DNA of 34,695 nucleotides from Perkinsus olseni (Eukaryota): NCBI GenBank assembly GCA_013115125.1, contig JABANN010000369.1, positions 1 to 34,695 of the forward strand, read 5' to 3'. Shown piece by piece: positions 28,623 to 34,695 of this stretch (position 1 is its first letter; each line of letters starts with the position of its first letter). The notes under the pieces were generated by a model. It saw only the letters and a program-made list of their open reading frames with translations, ran no database searches and was not told where the DNA came from. The position numbers and the translations under genes were made by a program.

Positions 28623-29809
28623 ATGCCGCCAGCTAAGCCGTCTAACTCATTGACGCCGGTGAACGATTCGGTGGAAAAGTTTACGCAGAAGGTCCGCCCG
28701 CCGGTTTCGTAGTACGGTAACTTTACAGTGCTTCGTTCTGTAGGTTTCGACCACAGGACTGCTGCCCGCGTGCAAGTCAAAGATAGCCGAAGTCACCAAC
28801 AAGAGCGCTATATTCGAGGTGAGATCATGGGAAGTGGTCAGGCGCCTTCTATCAGCCTTATTATCTCCATTTTGAGCAGCTGCTCAAGAGAAATTGGACC
28901 ACCAGCTGCCGATGTTATTCTCATTCGATCATGACTGTCAGATTTCTGTGGGTGTCGTGGTAGCTCAGTACAAGCAGATATTCCTCAGTCTTATGCGAAA
29001 TATCTTCCAGTCCTTCAGACCGCTGCTGATCACGGTTATTATGGGTAGTATCAATAGCTCCATTCGCTACGGACTAACAATACACGGTTCTTCGTAAGTG
29101 AGAGAGATTTTGGCCGGCGCTGTAGCAATGCGATATTTAGAATAGAGCCCTGACACCACGCCGAGTCTGCTGCCGCCGGGCACCAGTGGCGGCCCTCTCA
29201 TCTCCATCCGATGCCTCCTGTATCGCCTGGTCATCGAGACGCTCCAGGGCTCCTGGTTGCTTTGGTGGCGGTTCTCTCTGTGACGGTTAGGTAACATGCT
29301 CAAGATGGCTGCCTTCTTGATGCAATTCCCTATATCATTCTACTCTATCTTCTTCTTCGAAGTATTCTACGGGATGGCGCAGTTGGCGATCAGCTTTGTC
29401 TTCGTGTGTTTCTTCCACAACAACATGAGCCTCCAGACGCGAGTAAGGCCAGGATGTTTCGGGTGTATTTTAGGTAACGTTCTAAAGATGGCGGCTTTCT
29501 TGCTCCAAATACCAATCGGCTTTTACTCCATCTTCATGTTCGAATGCTTTTACGGCATTTTCCAGCTCGGACTAAGTTTTGTCTTTGTGTGCTTCTTCCA
29601 TAACGATATGAGTATGCAGTCGAGGGTAATATGAGCGTGGGCAGGAACGTCGTAAGGTCATCGATAGAGCCACAGGAATACACTAGGGCGGGCCCATGGA
29701 AGACGAAGTTATCATTGTGAATAGTCGTTTGGCTGTTTGTTGTCAGGCTCGACAGCAGCTGCTTAGAACCATGAGCCGCAACTTGAGGCGGTTCAAGCAT
29801 ATGTTGTAG
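28623..29809 (+). CDS. Hypothetical membrane protein with duplicated, apparently mutually exclusive penultimate exon
   Basis: MPPAKPSNSLTPVNDSVEKFTQK|VSTTGLLPACKSKIAEVTNKSAIFE|PYYLHFEQLL ... CLLYRLVIETLQG| exon A 29291-29442 or exon B 29474-29625 | ARQQLLRTMSRNLRRFKHML* (29747-29809). Middle exons uncertain. Confidence 0.7.
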
Positions 29810-29951
29810 GAGCGGCGATATAGCGTTTGCCGGAGGAAGCGTTTTTCAAAGGCAGGATATCATTGGTGACGATCTAGTTTCGTGTAGAGAGCGATGAAGG
29901 CTTTGCGTTGCAGGAGTTGACACACTACTCAGATGCATACTGCTTTGAGCA

Positions 29952-29996
29952 TCTCACGCCTGGAGACTATTCTCACGCCTGGAGACTCCAGGCGTG
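29952..29996. repeat. 17-nt direct repeat fused to an 11-bp inverted repeat with 1-nt spacer
   Basis: TCTCACGCCTGGAGACT at 29952-29968 and 29971-29987; CACGCCTGGAG-A-CTCCAGGCGTG at 29974-29996. Confidence 0.95.
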
Positions 29997-29999
29997 CGA

Positions 30000-30400
30000 A
30001 TAGTACAAGCATGAAGGAGAATTCGCTACTGCAACCCTTTGAGAATGCATCCAGTAGAGTGCTGCGGAATCTTTGGAAAGACAGCCGAGGGGAACCTTCT
30101 CACAGAACCATGGGACCGTATATATATAATCGTCGAGCTTTGAGCGATCGTAACTACAATGCAAGCGCTTGAACACACTCGCTCGCTCATATGGGTAGTA
30201 TAGAATAGGGATAGTCTGCAGGGCGGCGTGAGCACTAGTTCGTCATCCACAGCCTTCTGGACTCCCAGTTCGAGAATATGCGCAAGTTTCGTCGTGCGAC
30301 AACAGGAGCACCAAAGTTTCGATTCGTCGATGCGCCCCGACTGAGAAGCCTGGTGAGACACTGTGCGCATCTCTCTTTCGCGGCGCGAAAGGGACACTCG
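30000..30400 (-). pseudogene. Possible degenerate hAT-family transposase fragment
   Basis: KLAHILELGVQKAVDD resembles the hAT C-x-x-H region (CxAHxLELxVxDA); downstream QRFRST, then YWM in another frame, resembles RWxST(Y)xM. Stops and frameshifts present. Confidence 0.3.
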
Positions 30401-31074
30401 ATCCTCTTACCCGCACAGCCTGATCCGCGGGAGCTTCAGCAGCTCTTGCTTTTCCCCTCAGGAGTCCGAGCTTGGCCCTAGTAAATCACTGTCAGTGTTT
30501 TTCCTTTAAAAACAATGAAGAACACTTACTCCTCCCGAGCCTATTCTACTTCCACTTGGCTTCCCGTGTACTAGTCTAGGTGGAAAGCCGCCAGAGGCTC
30601 CCGGGGCGTCCACGTATTGTCAGGCTATGCATGGTACCCTGCGATTGAGACTAGACGACGGAGGGATCCTGTTAGAGGTTATAGTATCAGGTGTCTTAAA
30701 ACACCGTATTCAGAACGAGTATCTTCCAGATTTTGTGCGCCATCATGTGTGACACAAATTTGTCGAAGACGCGGTATAATCACCCGCACAAGACGGGTTG
30801 TCTGGTGAACCGTGGAGGATTGGCCCTGCTCGATGAGTATCGATCATTCTTTCTATATTAGAGGCTCTTTTATTGACTGAATAACACCGAGCCAGGGATG
30901 AGGAAGGTAGGCATGCTCTGGAGGCTTCCTGGGTTTTGATGACGAATTTTGTGCGGCGGTTCCTGTGCGTGTAGATGGTTTAGCTATCCATCCATTCCCA
31001 CCGAGGTCGTCACGTCAACGCAATTGATTAATGCGCGACGCATCGTCACCCGAATCAGTCTTTATCACTACCAA

Positions 31075-31842
31075 ATGCTCGTCACCCATCTCTTCTTGGT
31101 TCAGACCCTTATGGTATGTATTATTGCCAACAGAGGCGATGCTGCAGTTGTTGGTGGAGGGCTCGGGAAGCCGCCGTTCATTCTGCCTACACTTGCTATG
31201 GACCCGCCCGATTGCATCAACAGATCACTCTGGTACCCAGTGCCCTCAGAAAACTGCTACTTCGTTCGGATGAATGGGACTCTTGTTAACCCAGGTTTGC
31301 TCATTCAATCACCCTTATATCCGAACACCAGGCCGTGGCCGGCTAGTCTCGAACTGTTTGTTGTATTGACGACGACGTCTCCTACTCCAGTCGATATCGG
31401 GGCTTTTGGACAGGGTTCAACCCCCTTTAAGCTTGATCTCCAGGATGGTATCACGGTTGAAGTGCTCTACCATATCCCCGTGTTCTGGCGCTTGAGAAAT
31501 GGAACCAAAACAAAGGATGGCTTCGAGATGGAGTTCCCCGTGTATTTGAACGCTACGGTAACCGTGCCAAATATGGGTCAAGTTGTTACCGGTCAAGCCA
31601 AGCAGAGTGCCCTGGCTTTTGTGAGTACTACAGGCGGTCCTCACCTTCTACTATCTGGTGTCCTCGTGGAGGGCACCGCTGGTACCTTGTCCGCCAAAGT
31701 GTCAATGTTCGTGGAGATGAGTTCAATCACTCTCATTCATTGGCATTTCGTCTCTCGCATGAATATAGATATTAACGGCTCTAAGGATGGTCTCCGCTTC
31801 CAGTACAAGAAAGAGATTCCCCTCTTCAACAAAAGTCTCTGA
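31075..31842 (+). CDS. Intronless putative secreted protein (255 aa), beta-rich, unknown family
   Basis: First ATG of the 30949-31842 ORF starts a hydrophobic signal-peptide-like MLVTHLFLVQTLMVCIIA; several N-x-S/T sequons (NRS, NGT, NAT, NGS, NKS). Confidence 0.7.
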   Translation: MLVTHLFLVQTLMVCIIANRGDAAVVGGGLGKPPFILPTLAMDPPDCINRSLWYPVPSENCYFVRMNGTLVNPGLLIQSPLYPNTRPWPASLELFVVLTTTSPTPVDIGAFGQGSTPFKLDLQDGITVEVLYHIPVFWRLRNGTKTKDGFEMEFPVYLNATVTVPNMGQVVTGQAKQSALAFVSTTGGPHLLLSGVLVEGTAGTLSAKVSMFVEMSSITLIHWHFVSRMNIDINGSKDGLRFQYKKEIPLFNKSL

Positions 31843-32359
31843 TGGAGGCATATCATTGAAGCGGGATCTGAGGTCAATCATAACCAAGTCAACGTCTATT
31901 TGATTTCTCTAGCACATCACATTTATGTAGTCCCTTCGAATCACGCCCGGGGCTGAGATGCCGCCGAGGTATCAGCAGGGAGCTTTTTTGTCGTCTTCTC
32001 TGATAGTGATATGCCCGACGCACTATCTACATGTGCTTATCCGGTGCAGTGGTGGAAATCGGGTTCCGAGGACGCCTCTGAATTTACGAGGGGCCCAGGT
32101 TGGACTCTCGGGGCAGATCTCGTATATCAGGGCGGTCGTATTCAAGTGGAATATGACTGTTGCTTCGGGCGCTGGATTCTTCTGATATCAGTCAGTCAAC
32201 GGTAACTCGATTTTGTTAGGAAGTCTTGATTTATGGTGATCCATTTAAAACGTCTCCAATCTACTTATTCGCACCATCATCTTTTGAAACAACAGTATTG
32301 TCAATCATCAGTCAGTATCCTTCTCTCCAGTTTCCATCGTAGAGAAATGCGGAACGATT

Positions 32360-34695
32360 TCTTGTGGGGGAAACCTCTAGCTGTGGTTTGATGTGATTAG
32401 GATCACCCTTGCGTGGGCGGCCCGGGCGAGCGCGAAAGTTTGTGCGGGCTGTGGCACCCGATGACTGGCTAGTGAGCTAGTCGTGGCGTAATATATGGAG
32501 GCGTTGGTGAATGTGCAAAGAAGTGTTATAGCTCTTTAACGTGTGATTATGGTTTTTTTTTCTCGTGGGGGGTTCTCGAATGCAGTTGTTTTCTTTTACT
32601 GCCATCGTATGGCGGAGTGGTCTCAAACAGAACCTCAACAAGGGTGCCTTCGGTGACGAGTAGCACTGGATGAGACCGCTTCACATCTCGTGAGCGTAGC
32701 TATGGTTATGGGTGCCTCGGGTAGGCCGTAACCTCGAAGGCCAGTTTGGCCGTTTTTCGCCCAAGACGCCGGCAAGGGTCAGCGGGCTACGCTCCTTGGT
32801 TTCACATCAGGAGGGGGCGTGTATGGAGGAGGTGACTCTGGTCTCGGCCGGGTCCTTGCGCGCCTGGTCTTCCTTAAGGCCAGCCGCAAGCTCTGACTGG
32901 TTATGCGGGAAGGTATAACAGTCGGTTCCTCTACGTATTCGTTCAAGCGGAGCACACCTGGAGTGTTGCAATTCTTGGAGGATACGCAATAAGCCCACTT
33001 CGGGAGTGGAGTGGCATCCCATACAAACGCCTGTGGGTTAACCGTCCGAGGGAGGTTTCCCACGTGTTTTCGAGGGCGCGGTTTTGTTCAAAACCGATAC
33101 CTCACCTCCAGGAGCAAGCTTGACGCTTTGCTAGGACTAGCTGAGGTAGTCCGAGGCAGTTCTCTCCGCCACGGTCCCCGTGGGAAGGGGCCGTGCGACG
33201 AGGGCCGGGTAGTTGGCCGAATGGTATTATGGACAGTCACGTAATACGTGGGCTGCCGTAGAGCAGTTGGCATTCCGCTCATGTCGATGCAGGGCTGTAT
33301 CGGGCATGGCCCGTTCGATAAGAAACGCGTGTTGTGTTCCCATAGTCTAGCCTGGTCTTCTTAAAGACCAGCAAATAGTGAGGGGAGCCCCGCGCGTCGT
33401 AGGTGTTGTTGACCGTGCACAATGCCTCTTGACTCCAATGAGGGAGTCTGATAGCTCTACCGGGTGCGGGAGTGAGGTTATCCCCTGTTTTGCCGTAGTT
33501 TGTTCTCCGTTACCGGTCGTCCATGGCTGATCAAGGCGCCATCCTCCAAGAGATAGTGGCCTCGGTGGTCCCGGGCGACAGCGCGGACGCGATAACGAAG
33601 AGAAAGTTCCTGCTGGACCAGTGCGAGGGTCTTACTCTGCAGGTAGTGGGAAAACTACAAAAGTCCTTCTGGTCGGCCGGAGCTGGGCGTGTCGAATGCC
33701 CTGAAGCCCCGGCCCCGAATGAGGACGGAGCGGCAAAGGCGGCCAGGGAAGAACGATGGCGGTCAATATTGACGTCTACGGGCATGGCTTTCACCGAGGA
33801 ATGTGGCAGCTATGTGACCACCACGACTGAGAGAGCGCGGAAAGCGTTTTCTAAGATACCCGAAGTCGACCTATCGAGTTTGGTGCAGAGGGTGTCTGAG
33901 AGGACCGGGTACGAGTTACCTCGTGCCTTAGTCCCATCGGCAAAAGCGGTAGCTGCCGTGAAAGATGGGAGGTTCGTCGAATTGGCAGAATTCAGAACCT
34001 CCTTCGTCGAGAGATCCGAGGGTACGGAGGTTATGACGAGCATCGAAGGCGAAGTAATACAAGTGATGAAGCCCAGGAAGAAGGCCGAAGACTTATTCGT
34101 GCCGAGCTCCGAGATCGCGGGGTGCCTGGTTAGATGGGCTACGGCGGTATGGCTAGCCCATCCTGATGGTAACTTTCTACTGCTGTTTGCGTATGTAATG
34201 AAAGTAGTGAGCTTTGGCACTCAAGGATGGGGCCGAGCAGTCTTTTACGATCGCTATCATAGACAGTCGGTCCCCGGCAGACTGGCAGTTAGAAAGGACG
34301 CATCGATATACGATATGTACACCGATGCCGTCGTCAACGACTCCTTTTCGGAGGCGAAATTGAAGTTCGCGAGTGAATCCCCGTACCAAGCTCCGAAGCC
34401 CGGGGCCGAGTTCGGTCAGGGAAAGGGAGCGAGGAGCCAGAAAGGGAGCAACGGCGGTAAGGCACCAGCCAAGCCGGGTAAGGGTAATAAGGGTGGTAAA
34501 GGAGGCCCTTACTCTCACCCGAAGCCGGAGGATAAGAAGCTGGAGAAAGAAGAGTCGAAGCGACAGTAGCTAATGATTGTCTCCGTCCTTTCTGTAATTG
34601 GCCAGTGAGTGAGGTTGTGTTGAGAGTCTCTCAATGGAGGGGAAACCCACTACTCCCAGGGCACGACGCCCAGAATAGGTTCTCCTTTGGAGGTT
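32360..34695 (+). mobile_element. 5' part of a probable retrotransposon, tyrosine-recombinase (DIRS/Ngaro-like) type; truncated by window end
   Basis: Abrupt switch from AT-rich intergenic DNA to an intron-free, hairpin-rich leader of about 1.15 kb and an intronless gag-like ORF1. RT and recombinase genes are not in the window, so the class is inferred. Left boundary approximate. Confidence 0.55.
33523..34569 (+). CDS. Gag-like ORF1 of a retroelement
   Basis: 348-aa intronless ORF. LLLFAYVMKVVSFGTQGWGRAVFYDRYHRQ fits the Y...W....YD..(F/H)R pattern of DIRS/Ngaro-type gag; basic Gly/Lys-rich tail KPGKGNKGGKGG. Confidence 0.65.
   Translation: MADQGAILQEIVASVVPGDSADAITKRKFLLDQCEGLTLQVVGKLQKSFWSAGAGRVECPEAPAPNEDGAAKAAREERWRSILTSTGMAFTEECGSYVTTTTERARKAFSKIPEVDLSSLVQRVSERTGYELPRALVPSAKAVAAVKDGRFVELAEFRTSFVERSEGTEVMTSIEGEVIQVMKPRKKAEDLFVPSSEIAGCLVRWATAVWLAHPDGNFLLLFAYVMKVVSFGTQGWGRAVFYDRYHRQSVPGRLAVRKDASIYDMYTDAVVNDSFSEAKLKFASESPYQAPKPGAEFGQGKGARSQKGSNGGKAPAKPGKGNKGGKGGPYSHPKPEDKKLEKEESKRQ

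Noticed and set aside
34640-34646. G GGA AAC slippery heptamer downstream of ORF1
   Set aside because: It lies beyond the ORF1 stop, and a -1 shift there runs into a stop within about 12 codons.

Overview
Gene-dense eukaryotic DNA with many short (about 45-60 nt) spliceosomal introns, some with GC donors. The gene architecture and a CDPK point to an alveolate, probably Perkinsus-like (inference). Left to right: the 3' end of a HECT E3 ligase with an intronic (GTT)n; a hypothetical gene; ORC4; an AAAP/SLC38-type amino acid transporter; a single-domain 6TM voltage-gated cation channel with a TLDDWS filter and EF-hands; a hypothetical gene; tRNA-Trp(CCA); a CDPK; a Cdh1/Fzr APC/C activator with an intronic tRNA-Lys(CTT); several hypothetical or coiled-coil genes; an acyl-CoA dehydrogenase; a membrane-protein gene with two tandem 152-nt exon copies; a possible hAT transposase relic; an intronless secreted protein; and the 5' part of a probable DIRS/Ngaro-type retroelement. 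Best leads: (1) an apparent mutually exclusive exon pair at 29291-29625; (2) recurrent chained palindromes with exactly 1-nt spacers in non-coding DNA; (3) the channel with a CatSper-like Ca2+ filter; (4) the long hairpin-rich retroelement leader. Exon models were built by eye and some gene ends are approximate.
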